From Bugula neritina (lineage: Eukaryota > Animalia > Bryozoa): a stretch of 64,000 nt of DNA. Positions 1 to 14,196 of the stretch are shown piece by piece (positions within the stretch are counted from its first letter, which is position 1; every line of letters starts with the position of its first letter). The position numbers and the translations under genes are program-made. The notes under the pieces are model-generated. The model was not told where the DNA came from, searched no databases, and worked only from the letters and a program-made list of their open reading frames with translations. The stretch covers positions 15,654,633-15,718,632 of the forward strand of contig OZ037769.1 in the NCBI GenBank assembly GCA_964035545.1, in the 5' to 3' direction.

Positions 1-586
1 TTACATAAATAGATATTATACAGTTATAGATATTATATAAGTTTGTATGTGAATTGAATCACAATAATTCAAATGATTTGTCATATTTTTGTGTAAATTA
101 GAAACAGAAAAAACTCAACAAAACAGTTCAACAAAACAATTTAAATGCAACAGATAAAAAAATATATAATCATTATAATTGGAGTGACACACAACAAATA
201 AATGAAGCAATTAAAGTCAAATGCCGGGCAATTTTAAAATATAGAACCGTGGTGCTGCACTTTGCCATGTCTGTGGAAGAGAAAGTCATAGGTTCTGTAG
301 TAACTCATGTTACTCGGCGGTGTTATGAGAATTCTCAGTTCTTGACTCTTCAAGTCTAGAAAGTTCTCAAGTTGAAAAGCCAGCGGGATGAGAAGAATAA
401 AAGGAAAAAGATGCTTAAGTCTAAACAATCCATGATAATCTTCTATAAGACCCGTTTAGACGCACCTAATCTTGTTATTGCTCCATTACACCATCGTTCA
501 CAATAGATGTATCAGTTCTTTACAAGTACTTTTCTTTCTTATAGTTGTATCACCCCATCTTATAGTTTGTGAAAACAGCAAGTGTT

Positions 587-1138
587 TCAATACTTGGCTG
601 TCGGCACTTGAAGAAATTTTTTGGGCTGTGGTTGTTTTACTTCGCTCTTGGAATACGAGGAAGTGGTGGCTGACTCTACGTCAGTAATTCTCAACTTCTC
701 CTCACCGCTGTCAGAGATAGACCTGCATAAACCAATGACCAAGTATGTGATGTATACCAGGCAGGTTATCAAACAGAATATGGCTGCTATCAGACATTTT
801 CTTGCTGAATCGTGGTCATATTTCACAGGAGAGTTGCCGGACTGATACGCAAAGAACCAGATGTTGACTGCGATGCCGATGGTAGTCTGCACTGTGACAG
901 TGGTGTGAACAATTCTGAGTGTCTCGTTGCCAATGCAGGAGATAATAATTCCAATGATGCCGCAGACGAGTAGTGAAAGTGAAGGGAGGCAGCGGACAGT
1001 GAACATGACAGAGATGTGAGCAATGTTTGTCTGCATGTCTTTAGTATCACTATAGTGTCTGGTACACAGGGCTATGGAGCACAGAGATGTAATGACTTGT
1101 AGAAGTCCAACGGCAAACAGAATTCGCTGAACTGCCAT
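587..1138 (-). CDS. Small 4-TM membrane protein, CD20/MS4A-like family, paralog 1 (183 aa, MAVQRILFAVGLLQVI...)
   Basis: ATG at 1138 aligns with the other four paralogs; four hydrophobic segments; shared motifs LLQ.I.SL.SIALC..HYS, L.LL.CGI.G, VHTT, N.W.F, SP..Y. Upstream acceptor tttacAG (~1177) and donor GTAAGC (~1287) imply a 5'UTR intron. The family name is an inference from topology and the TM1 LLQI motif. Confidence 0.85.
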   Translation of the reverse strand: MAVQRILFAVGLLQVITSLCSIALCTRHYSDTKDMQTNIAHISVMFTVRCLPSLSLLVCGIIGIIISCIGNETLRIVHTTVTVQTTIGIAVNIWFFAYQSGNSPVKYDHDSARKCLIAAIFCLITCLVYITYLVIGLCRSISDSGEEKLRITDVESATTSSYSKSEVKQPQPKKFLQVPTAKY

Positions 1139-3527
1139 CTTTTGTAGCGTTGGAAAGGAAGTATCTGACTCAAAACCTGTAAAAGAAATTACTAGATAAC
1201 AATCCACACTCTAAACTAGTATACAATAAAGCTTTTTCTGCAATCTAAAAAGAAAGAAGATAGCATTCAACTTTTAACATTGCTTACCAGCTATCACTGC
1301 TCTAGTACCATTGTATTAATTACTCTCTAGAACTAAAAGTTAATACGTGTTGCCTGCGTCATGGTAACTATGCCACTGATTGAGCACACACTGGCACGGT
1401 ATAGACCCACAGTGTTAGGGTGGAGACTGTATTGCATATTAGATGGGTAGCTTTAGTATCACAGCCTGCTGCTCAACACTTTAAGGGCCGTTATCAAGCC
1501 ACCCTTTTAGCATGGCGGTACAGTTTGTTGATTAGAATTTAGTGCATGGTGATAGGATGAACCACATGCCATTATAATTCTGGCATTAAATTAATCTTAC
1601 TTAGCTTTAAGGAAGAAATTAATAACTAAACTAATGATAGTTTCTAGATAACTGAAGAAGTATTTGATTGGAAAATTTTACACACAACCATCACATCTCC
1701 TTCATTACATTATATTGAAGTCTAATTAAAAAAGTTTAGCAAATTGATTACAAATTCTTAACTCTGGTATAATTGTTTGATGTATTCGAAGATATATTGT
1801 ACTTGTACTTGAAGGTGGGGCGTGTCAACACTACCCGTCTTCATTCTGTAAGGTGTGAAACTCTTGCGCCGTACTCCACATTATTACTATAGTAATTCAT
1901 GGAACCAAGTTTTTGCTATACGAATTTTTATTTTGTAGTAAAAATCTCATATATTATTTGCTGGGGTTCAGCATTATTCATCTTATTTATTCGCATCACA
2001 TTGTACTTAAACTATCTTTGCCAAAAAAGAACGTTCAAAACCAAATAAAGATTACCTGTATGTAAATATTAGGGTAAGCTGTTTGTGAGGCTGCGGTTAA
2101 AATTTAAAATCTTTATATATTTTGCGTATCTTAGCTTATGTCTGCTGCAACTTACCAAAATGAAATTATCCAGTTATTCCAGACGTTCCTCAAAGATATC
2201 TGATTTCAAAATACTGGCAATTTGTTGTTGGATATTCTATTTATATACATTTTGTGGTGTTTCTAGTCAAGGGAACGCAGCCAATATATTAAAAATGTCA
2301 CCTGATATGCTACAGGGAACCCGCGCCAACTCATTGGCGCATGAAGTTGAAGGATATCAGGCAATAACTCACGTTTAGACAGAAAGGTTCTGACAGATCT
2401 CAGTGCAAGAGCTCTCACTTGATGTAACATGACATCAAAGTCTTTTGTGTCAGTAGCCAATAATGCATCCAAAATATGGCAAGGGTCAGCTGTGAACAAT
2501 TTCTATTTTTATCAGGTATTCAAAATTCTGTAATAGCAATTTTAATTGCAGTTTAGTCTAAAGTGGATCATGAAGTATTTGACTTTAAGTTTCGATCCTT
2601 ACAGCACCTATATTCAATGTTCTCCAAAACAAAATTTGACACATTTATCAAATGAATAATGATTATACTCTGGATAAACCTTTTTCTTAATCAGAGCTAG
2701 TTTTAAGGCCTTAAAGTAACATCTACTAAAGGCATGAGCTCTCAGTTTTATCAAAGTGACTCATATGGTATCATATCAGTGAACAAATCATCCAATAGTT
2801 TTTCTTGATTTTGGATGAGATCATATTGTTTATAAATTCCCCACAAGAAGTTGAGTTGGAAGTAATTCAAGATGGCTTCCTCTAAGGAGTTGGTTCAATG
2901 TATGCAAGAGTTTGTTGTAGTTTCTATGAGATAGTTGGATACATAGTTTAATTGTTAGTGTAATACTAGCGGACGCACGTGTAGAAGATGACTGAAGAAA
3001 AGAACTCAAGCCTTCATTTTATAATACTTACACTTATTTACTTACTTTACTTATATGTGGTCCTTGTTTCAATATAACAACTTAAGTTCCTCATACTTTT
3101 CCAGTTGGACTAAAAAGCAGTAAAGTATTTCTGCAGGAAATATTATATTTTCCACAACATAAATCAAAGAATACAGTTCAATGTAAAAGATGTAACCACA
3201 AAGTATTGGCTCCCTGAATGCTTAAAATGTTAAAGCTTGCAGGTAAAATGGAGAGGAATTCGCTAACAGTCTCAAGCAACCTACTCAAAGTAAAACTAGT
3301 GCTAAAGTACATTGCACTACTCAATCAGAATTAATCTGAGATTATTGCCAGTTTAGCAGACATTCTCATGTACAGTTGGCTAGATATACATATACACAGA
3401 CATCCTATAGTTCAGACATGTATAAATTAACTAAGTTATAGTTTTAAGAAGTTTCTTTTATATAATCAGGTACTTTTTGCTCTGTATAATGCAAGTGGTG
3501 ACAATGTACAGAGTGCTAGAGCAAGAG

Positions 3528-3712
3528 CAGCCAAAGTGTATGGGATTAGAGAGCTGACCTAGTGGAACTCAAGGTCATTGTTTAGAGTCCAAACACAGGC
3601 GGTGATGTTATGAAGAGCCATTCAGTCATAATTGTTTTTGCCACACATAGGAATAAGCCCTTAGCTAGCTTTCCATTAGGGGTTCTCACGGGATGGCCAC
3701 CATATAAACAGT
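3528..3712 (+). mobile_element. Diverged tRNA-derived SINE copy
   Basis: Body ggtgatgttatgaagagccattcagtcataattg...aataagcccttagc...ttctcacgggat matches the copies at 24.4 and 38.1 kb. Confidence 0.6.
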
Positions 3713-6700
3713 TTTTAGAGTGGTAGTACAGGGTCACAATCATATTGAATGTTTTTCACAGAGGAAAGCTATTCTAGCACCTCTGTCTCTCTTTAACTGC
3801 ACAAAATCTGATTTTGGTTATTTTTAAAAAAAGAAAATCTTAAAAATAGTCTATCATGGTAAATGTGAAATAATTACAATAATTAATAATTTCTTACAGC
3901 GGAGAACGTTTCTAGCAGCCCTGTTTGCTCCACACCTGCACAAAGTCTGATTGTACTTATTTTTAGAAAGAAAAGACAATTTTAAAAATAGTTTACATGG
4001 TAAATGCAAAAATATTACAGAATTCAACTCATTGCAATAACAACTTGACAGGCAACGCCATGGAATAAGAAACAATTCAATTGTAATCTAAATATTTGGT
4101 AATGTGTCAAGTCTTTGTCCTAATTTGTCAAAAATCATCCAGAAAGATTAAAAACATATTGATGGCTAAAAGATAAATTAGTCTTCAGTTGCTGCTGTAA
4201 ATTCGGTTTCATATTAATTATCATACACTGATCACATCAAAGTTATTACAGAAGAATGGAAAATGATATTTCTTTTATCAGTATGGCGCAATAAGAAACA
4301 GACAAAAATAGCTTTGAGTTGGGTCTACGTTATGCAAGTTGTTGCTTAACTTTTATTGCTTTTAGAAGATGACATTATCTTGACAAACTGGCGTGAGCTG
4401 AGTCATAATACGTCAACTTCTTAATAGAAAAGCTGCAGCCTTACGAATTACTTCGAGGCTATAATATTATATATTATAGTATTATAGGTAGGGTTGGGTT
4501 TAGTAAGATTATCTCAATAATAAATGCTAAATACTTTAGGAATGAACACTAAACGTGCACACAAAAAAGCTTTATCTGTTGTAACTTGTGAGCCATTCTC
4601 TTTTACGAGTGGATAAATTATGGCTGTGTAGCTTACAAGCCATGTATTTGGCTCATTAAAAGTTTATCCTTTAGGCCTACCTTATCATATAATGGCATCT
4701 ACTTTTATCACTTAGAAAGTTGTAAACTTTGTTTCATAACGGGGTTAAACGATAATGTCAAAGTTGCCCTTTTACTCAAAATCAAAAGAAATTTAATAAA
4801 ATAATGAAAGCGAAAAGCTTCAAGTTATGCTTAGACTTTTTGGCCTAATTGATAATAATAAATAATTATACCAGAAATATTTTCTGCAGTCCGAAAAATA
4901 CAGATTTAGAAGCTGGAATGGTAGGGTTCAGGACACACTGGCAAGTTGGTTGTGTTGTGAAAGTTCAAACCTTACAACTGCTGTTACTTCTTTTATATAT
5001 TAAGTTAAGTTAACTAAAAAGCCAGAAATAACAGATTCTCTGCATGGTCATCCTTCTATCTTAATGAATGCATTCACTAAAGCTCTGACTCATTTAATGA
5101 AGTGGTGAGATGAGATTATAAGATTAAATAATAAAGATTATCATAATAGGAGCTCAATAATAAGTTAACACTTGATAGAAAACAATCGCAAGGCTACGAG
5201 AATGCATTGAAGAATACTTACTTATGCCCATTCACATAATGAGAGTACGAACATAAGAGGTGTGTATAGTGGTGGATAAAGGATGGGCTGGCATGTAGGG
5301 GGTGAATTCTATGTGCGTTGTAAAGCTTCAAGCCATACTGTTGGGCTCTTACCATGGTCAACTAACTTCTCTTTGAAACAGTTGTTAGATAAATGTATAA
5401 TATACTTCTTTTAACAGTAGAGTAAAAGGCTCAACTATTGAGGGATTTCTGTAATTATGGGAACATTTCAGTTTATGTTTTACTGCAAAATAACTTATTT
5501 GCAACAATTAAACAGAATCTTAGAATTAAATTTCAAAAGACAGCAGCAAAAATTTGCATTTCTTTTTAACTCATTTGCCTACCTTTAAACAATCGGAGAA
5601 CTTTGCAATTAAAGTGAATATTTAGCCGCAGGCTAACAAAGCGTTGCTGGTCATCACCCTGTTATAATATAAGTGCTGAAAAATACATATTTATGTAACT
5701 TCAAGTCTTTCAAGGGTCAATAATGACTTATTTAATTCCATAAAGGAATTTTGAGTTTTATGCATAACATTTATAAGTTTTAAAAGGCTTTGTATATCTG
5801 GTATAGTATATATAATCATGTATTATATTATAACTATGCAAGCTTTGAGAGAACAAAGATAAAGATCCAGTAATGCTATAATATAGTGACAGAGCATCAA
5901 CCTAGTTTATAACCCAGCGCAGTATTACAGCAATATTTATAGAAGGATATCAAAAGCTATAAAGGCAGTTTTTGAGATTACTTAAGATTATAAATCAAGA
6001 TTTATAAAAGTTCTGCATAATAGCTTGTTAATACAAATACATTAAGCTGTTTGATGTTACACCAAAGAGTTGTAACTCTTGTACATTATTACTCATTAAA
6101 ACATATGTAAATTGTTGTTATAGTTGCAAGTGATATTATAGTCTGTTAAATGAGTAATGAAGGCGATACAACTTCTTTACTGAACAGTTTCAAACAATCT
6201 GAGGTAATAACATGTCAATTATTTTAATTTAACATTAATTTGTCACCTTTCCTGGATCACCAGAGAGCCTGTATATACTTGGTAAGCAGTGCCATAGACA
6301 ATACAATAATATACTAAGATCAATCCTTGTGGCTGGTGAGTTTCAACCTTGAAATTAAGGTCAAAAGATGAAGGGCAAAGGAAAGTCAAGTATTTGCAGT
6401 ATCTAAACATGTATATGTCAACTATAACAAATTTTAAAATAAGGCAATACACTGATTCTAACTATAGCCCTCCCCCATGTGTTGGAATGTTTGAATGGAA
6501 TGAGTGAAATGTGCTACTAGCTGATGTAATCGGAACTTGTGATTCAAGACTTCTTCCTTCACAAGAGTTAAACTAAGTTTTTATGTTAACTTTAAATTTC
6601 TATATTTGAAAAAAATAGAATGTTTCATGCAAATCAGCACTGTTGTAACCTCTTAGCACACCAGCTCACAAACAACAACAACAATACATAACAACAACAA

Positions 6701-7091
6701 TGTATTTGCATACTGTATTCTACAACATTTGCCTACATATTATGTAAATATTTAGTAACAAGTAAATGCAAGATTTGTTTTTTATCAGAATTAATGCAGT
6801 TTTCTGGTTTGCTGCAGCAAAAAATCTCGCTATTCTACACTGCTGCCATACTATGTTGAAATGATGCCTGTTAAATAATTGAAAATGATGTTTTCTAACC
6901 AAACATAACGCTTATTTGATTAACTAACAATATTGCCAGTTTATCAAAAACAAGTACCTAATATTAAATACAATAAACTTACAAATTAGTAAACAAAATA
7001 AATAATAAATGAAGAAAAGTATAATATCAAAACTATAATTGTTTTGAAAGTTTTAAAAAAATTTGGCATTCATTGGCTTTATGTATATGCA

Positions 7092-7095
<4 letters not shown>

Positions 7096-7154
<59 letters not shown>
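7096..7154. repeat. (TA)n microsatellite flanking the Penelope element
   Basis: Direct observation. Confidence 0.95.
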
Positions 7155-7158
<4 letters not shown>

Positions 7159-7208
7159 GTACTAATACAATTTTGGATATAAAAATAAACTTAGATCTTC
7201 ATTCTATT

Positions 7209-7253
7209 GACTACAATATTGTTTCACGTAGTGTAAGCTACGATCATCAGGTC
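7209..7253 (-). ncRNA. Minimal hammerhead ribozyme motif in PLE pLTR (inverted copy)
   Basis: Reverse complement of 9829-9873. Confidence 0.7.
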
Positions 7254-7322
7254 GTTGTGTGTACGCTTGAGTGATTTTGTTTTGAAATTAGTATTGTTAG
7301 TGTATTACTACGCTGGAATGTT

Positions 7323-8034
7323 TTAACTAGCGTCTGTTAAGTGCGCAAGTAAAAATTTGCGTTTATGTCTACACGTGGTGGAAAGCTCTTTTCGTTTGTT
7401 GAGGGAAGATAATTCCGGTTGTTTTAAAATTATATACTTCTCATAGTTGCATAAATTACATCTATTGGTTAGGTTTGAGTATGATTTGCAAATCTTTAAA
7501 ATATTCCATTTTAAGCTGAATTTCGTTTTGTTGTCTTTTAAATTCCAGATGTGTCTGCTGAGTTGCGTGCTGTTAGCTTTATCTGCATGTAGGAAAGAGG
7601 CTTTGTGGTTATTGAATCTGGTTTTGAAGGTAGTCGAACAGAGTCCTATGTATGAATGGCTGGAATTATTGTCATGTCTTGTTACAGTTGCTTGGTATAT
7701 TACGTCTTTGTATAAGCATTTACCATTTAGTGGACAGTGGGAAGGTTGTTTGCAGTTACATTGTGTGTCATTTAGTTTAGTAGCGGTAGTAGGGGTGTGT
7801 GCGGTTTTAAGTTTGTGATGGTTCGAGCCATCAATAATATTTTTCATGTTGGGCATGCATGAATAGCTAATTTTTATAGTTTTCCTATTGAAAATTTTAT
7901 TTAGTTGGTTGGATGGTGGAAAGCATTTGTCGATGATTTGAAGAAATTTCTTCCCTATTTTGGTTTTTACTGTTGAACTAAAAGGTGGGTTGTACCACAA
8001 TATGTTTCTATTTCTATTTCTATTATTGTTGTTG
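7323..8034 (-). CDS. PLE C-terminal part: linker (WYNPPFS), Cys motif (CNC..CPL.GKCL) and GIY-YIG endonuclease; 5'-truncated at the inversion junction
   Basis: The 225-aa ORF stays open upstream (NNNRNRNRNILWYNPP) as far as the junction at ~8034. Confidence 0.88.
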
Positions 8035-8273
8035 ATGATCGTAGCTTACACTACGTGAAACAATATTGTAGTCAATAGAATGAAGATCTAAGTTTATTTT
8101 TATATCCAAAATTGTATTAGTACCAAATATAAATACTCTATTTTTCGAAATATTGAGTTCTTTTGATTCATTTTTAATTATAGAAACTACATTACATGCT
8201 CCTAATTTTATTTGTATAAATAGTAATACCTCATGTTTACACAAATACTTCTTAGTTGAGCTCTCTCAAGAAA

Positions 8274-9758
8274 ATGAATAGTCTAAACTTTGGATATTCC
8301 CTAAAAAATATTCCGAAAAGTACGAACAAAGACTATCTAATACGGATTATTAACATGACTGAGAAATTCTTAATACGCGTCAGATGGAAAGCTTTCTTCT
8401 ACTTAAACCCAGACTGCAAGCCTACTACTAAAGATACTTTTGGCTTTAAAACCAGCAAACCAACACCACACATTAAGGAATTAGACCACTTTGAAACTGA
8501 AATATACAACCTACTAACCAACATCAGGTTTGAATCATTTACTAATCAACTGCAAACCAAAATGAGAAATAATGTAAAGGATATTAAAAATGATGACAAA
8601 CTGCTAGTGAAAGCTGACAAAACCACCAATTTCTACAAACTATCTACTTCCCAATACAGAGAGCTTATTAAACAAAACATTACGAAAGACTACAAAAAAG
8701 CCCCACCTGACCTAGCTAAATCAATCACAACTAAGGACACCATAATCGCCAAATCATTAAATCTAGACACCAGAATAGAAGTACTAGCCCAGAAAGAAGC
8801 TTTTATTACTTTAAAAGATCACAAACCTAACTTCAATAACAAACCATCCTGCAGACTAATAAACCCCACCAAATCCAACATCGGTATAATCAGCAAACAA
8901 CTATTGGATAATATAAACACAAAGCTCCTCCAGCATATAAAAGTCAACATATGGAAAAACTCCCACTCAGTAATAAATTGGTTTGAAAACATCAAGAACA
9001 AAAGCAGTAAGTCATTTATTACTTTTGACATATGCAACTTCTACCCATCAATAACCGAAGACCTCCTTCACAAAGCCCTTTCCTTTGCGTCACACTTTAC
9101 CAGCATACCAACTGAACACCAGGAAATAATTTTACACTCTAAAAAGTCCATTCTTATCTCCAATGGTGAACAATGGACAAAAAAACACGACAGTAACTTT
9201 GATGTCACTATGGGAAGTTATGACGGCGCGGAAACCTGCCAACTAATTGGAATATATTTACTTAATCTATTAACTACTGAAATGAATATAGAATTTAATT
9301 TAGGCCTGTATAGAGATGATGGACTCATAGTTTGCGAAGGAACACCTAGACACATAGAACAGAACAAAAAACAAAGACGTAATATACCAAGCAACTGTAA
9401 CAAGACATGACAATAATTCCAGCCATTCATACATAGGACTCTGTTCGACTACCTTCAAAACCAGATTCAATAACCACAAAGCCTCTTTCCTACATGCAGA
9501 TAAAGCTAACAGCACGCAACTCAGCAGACACATCTGGAATTTAAAAGACAACAAAACGAAATTCAGCTTAAAATGGAATATTTTAAAGATTTGCAAATCA
9601 TACTCAAACCTAACCAATAGATGTAATTTATGCAACTATGAGAAGTATATAATTTTAAAACAACCGGAATTATCTTCCCTCAACAAACGAAAAGAGCTTT
9701 CCACCACGTGTAGACATAAACGCAAATTTTTACTTGCGCACTTAACAGACGCTAGTTA
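8274..9758 (+). pseudogene. PLE ORF with internal deletion/frameshift: RT (8274-~9370) fused out of frame to the GIY-YIG half (~9371-9758)
   Basis: RT is intact through YRDD...HIEQNKK, then jumps to aaagacgtaatataccaa (KDVIYQ) in another frame. The missing linker is partly present in the minus copy at 7712-8034. Confidence 0.88.
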
Positions 9759-9828
9759 AAACATTCCAGCGTAGTAATACACTAACAATACTAATTTCAA
9801 AACAAAATCACTCAAGCGTACACACAAC

Positions 9829-9873
9829 GACCTGATGATCGTAGCTTACACTACGTGAAACAATATTGTAGTC
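9829..9873 (+). ncRNA. Minimal type I hammerhead ribozyme motif in PLE pLTR
   Basis: GAC-CTGATGA-T-CGTAG(cttaca)CTACG-T-GAAA-CAATATTG-TA-GTC: core boxes, 5-bp stem II, palindromic stem III, GUA cleavage triplet, 3-bp stem I. The U.U at the base of stem II is non-canonical. A third copy at 8033-8073 lacks the first core C. Confidence 0.72.
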
Positions 9874-9985
9874 AATAGAATGAAGATCTAAGTTTATTTT
9901 TATATCCAAAATTGTATTAGTACCAAATATAAATACTCTATTTTTCGAAATATTGAGTTCTTTTGATTCATTTTTAATTATAGAA

Positions 9986-10255
<270 letters not shown>

Positions 10256-10730
10256 ATATAATTTGTGCAAGAAAATAATTATAATTATTATGTATGACCA
10301 TCATTGTTGCATTTTAGTTCTCAAATCAACATTTTGGCAAACTGGATATATTTCGCAATATACTAATTTGAATGGTTCTAGCATAATATAATATGTTGGA
10401 CATTATCCCAAACTGTGTCACGCCGTTACTTGCATGATTTATATTTAATTGTAGTAAATTATATCATTGCAGAATATTTCATCAACTTTACCTGCAACAA
10501 TAAATTGATTACGTGACAAAGTTTCTACAGAATATGAATATTATAAGTCTCTAAGTTTTATACCACATTATTATAATTATATGCTGAATACAACTATTTT
10601 TCGATCAACCATTTGGGAGAAGGCAGGATACTTAGCTTTAGTATTAGTGTTGTCTTTTCAATTCTCCCGGGTGGTTTTATTAAAATTATTTATTGTTACT
10701 GAAGTGAAATGATAATTATAATTTTTCTTT

Positions 10731-10853
<123 letters not shown>

Positions 10854-13347
10854 TCTTTTTTTAAACTTAATATAATGAAAGCCTAATATATTTTATTTAA
10901 TTAGAACTAACTTGCACAGCCTTAAAAATTATGAAATGACAAAAAAGTCATAGGAAAATGTTTCTGAGGAATTGCAAGTTACTACCAAATAGAAGTTGTC
11001 TGCACATTATTCAGGTTTCAGCAATTTATTCTTTCAGACTACATACACACCAACTGGTTATAATCTTTTGATTATTTGCTATTAGAAACTCAGAAGAATT
11101 TTGTCAGCAAACCAGAAACCTTATAGAGCTGGCTTTGAGTTAGTTTCAGATATTAGTAGACAGAAGACTCTTTCTCTAAACAAGATTTGCTAAGCAAATC
11201 TTGAAACTGTGCCGCTAACGATAGCGTCTATTGCTATTTAAGTAGTTATCTACATGAATAATAATGTTGATGCTTCCTCAATATCTGACGATAATTAGAC
11301 ATGTGATGCATATATAGCACAACAAAAAGGTGAGTAAATATTCATACCGTTATTTAGATATTCATATAATTAGAGCACCTCATTTCCTCCTTCGGTAGAG
11401 CAGGTCTGGGCAGTGCGTGAAAATGACTAGTGAGTGGCAAAGCATCGTTTCCTAGAGTTGGTCTGTTGCAAAATATTTGTAACCACAAAATTCATTCTTC
11501 CTTATGCAGTGTATTGCGTTATTACATGTCATTGTAAAAATAGAACAAGAATTTATAGTCAAATGAAAAGCAAAATTAGAATAGTTAGTCAGTAAATGAT
11601 TGTAAATGTGTATAATGTTTGTGGTATATTATTCAAGTTATTTTTCACAAATGCGGTATAGAAAATTGAGCAATAATGAAATATAAAAGTAATGTCAATC
11701 AATTATTTAATAGAAATTTAAGTAGCAACACTGCAAAAGAAAATGCCCATAAAATCGCTTAAGCAAAGCACAAACGCAAGTAGAAATTAGGCAATATGTC
11801 ATGTGACCTTTATGAATCAACAGCTGGAAGTGATGCATATGAATACTAATTGCAGGTAATTAAAGCAGCTAATTAATAAAAAATACCTTGATTTTACATC
11901 TTTTGTGGTCTCAACGGCTCAATAAAAGGTAATTATGCATTCAGTTGCATTGGAAATTAAAGAAAAGATACTTTAATTTAGTAAAATTTAAACATTATGA
12001 CACAAAATTTTGCCAGCAATTTGAATATTGCTTCAGTGTGGATATTTAGTTAGCTACAAACAACACTTGCAAAAAGTCTTTAAAAAGTTCTATATAGTAG
12101 AAGAATGACCAACCAGTAACTTAAAGCTGATTTTACAAACTAGTAATTATTAAACGCATGCTATATTAAAAAAATAATTAAGAAACTTACTTAATAAGTC
12201 GATCAAACAATCTGATGTGTTACATATTTGATTTTTTTAATTTTTCATGTGAATTTTTTAAATTAGATTAAATTTTGTATAAGTCATGCACATACTTCTT
12301 TTCTGCCAAATGTAATACGATGATTGGCTAAAAGTATAAGCTACAATAGCTATCAAAATCGAGTAGCTCATATGAGATAGAAAGTTTTATGATTCCTGGT
12401 TAGATAAGAAGTGTGCCAACCCAAGCCAATAATGGGAATAAAAGTAATCTTGAATGACGATGCTAAATTTTTAAAGTGTCTTTTGTTATGCAGTTAACCT
12501 CAGCGTGTACTTACATAATATTATATTGGATGACTCAGGAATTTAAAAAATGGTATGAAAAGGTATAAAACAATAAGGAAATAAGGAAAGCCCCAAAGCT
12601 TAGCTACTTTGCACAATAGAACAGTAGCTTCAAATTCTCATTTCCAGCATCTGATAAAGGTCACGATAAACTTATATCGTAAAATTTTTATTCTGTTTGT
12701 CTTATAATCAGCAATATAAAGGCTATGACACTTGGATTAGTAGTGTGACTATGATTCCTGCAAACTATTAACCAACCAGTCAGAAGAGACTGTTTCAAAT
12801 ACCTTTTTGTGCCATTTTGATTTAAAAATGAAGGAGCATATAAATTGCGCCTTTCCTTTAAGATTATATTTCCACAATTCTTGTCTATAATCAAATATTA
12901 ATTATAAAAGTTCATTTAAATGTGAATGTCAAGACCGAAGTTTTTGAGCGGTAATTAGAAAAAGTCTTGGCATTGCGTAGCACCAAAGTTTTTAAGATTA
13001 AAAGTTTTAACACAACAATAGTTACAGAACAAAGAGTAGATCACTCAACTTATTATTAAAGGCATACTTGTGGTTGCCTACAATAGAAAATTCTACACAA
13101 TACAGGCACAAAGATAATAAAATACCAAGCATACTGCAAATTAACATTCTAACAATAATATTATAATATGTGTATTAGTATTTTGCCGTTAGACATGACA
13201 TGTTTCCTAGAAATAAATAGCTGATACTTATTGATTTAACTCCGAGCCACACGATGGTAGATCAATGAAAGAGAATACTGTGTAATACACATCCAAATAC
13301 CAAGTAGAATTTTATTAGAGGTATTTCTGGTTAATACTGTTGAGATG

Positions 13348-13632
13348 AGGTAGTAACTTACTCAGCTGATAGGTATAAGGAAGGGGTAGTAACTTACTCA
13401 GCTGATAGGTATAAGGAAGGGGTAGTAACTTACTCAGCTGATAAGTATAAGGAAGGGGTAGTAACTTACTCAGCTGATAGGTATAAGGAAGGGGTAGTAA
13501 CTTACTCAGCTGATAGGTATAAGGAAGGGGTAGTAACTTACTCAGCTGATAGGTATAAGGAAAGGGTAGTAACTTACTCTGCTGATAGATATAAGGAAGG
13601 GGTAGTAACTGAGCCAGCTGATAGAAATAAGG
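13348..13632. repeat. 36-bp minisatellite, ~7-8 copies (ggggtagtaacttactcagctgataggtataaggaa)
   Basis: Direct observation; explains ORF 13315-13659. Confidence 0.95.
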
Positions 13633-13783
13633 CAGTTCATAGTTTCTATATTCAGCCATAAATCTAAATCAGTTGCTGTAAAAATATTTTATTCAAATAG
13701 AGTTTATTATTTTAGAAAACATGGTTTATGCAAATACTCTAGTTTGAAACTAAATGTTATTAAATTAAAAGTCAGCACGTTTT

Positions 13784-14196
<413 letters not shown>

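Noticed and set aside
587-1207. ORF-track N-terminal extensions of paralogs 1 and 2, and other GTG/TTG-start ORFs
   Set aside because: The sequence is eukaryotic; the extensions cross splice acceptors and the aligned ATGs are at 1138 and 18456.
2085-2499. ORFs with HQVRALA, faintly like a DIRS tyrosine recombinase motif
   Set aside because: One short motif with no supporting domains.
3770-4030. Diverged ~139-bp tandem duplication
   Set aside because: Only two degenerate AT-rich copies and no sign of function.
7447-7818. ORFs 7447-7818 (+) and 9300-9635 (-)
   Set aside because: Antisense shadows of the GIY-YIG coding region.
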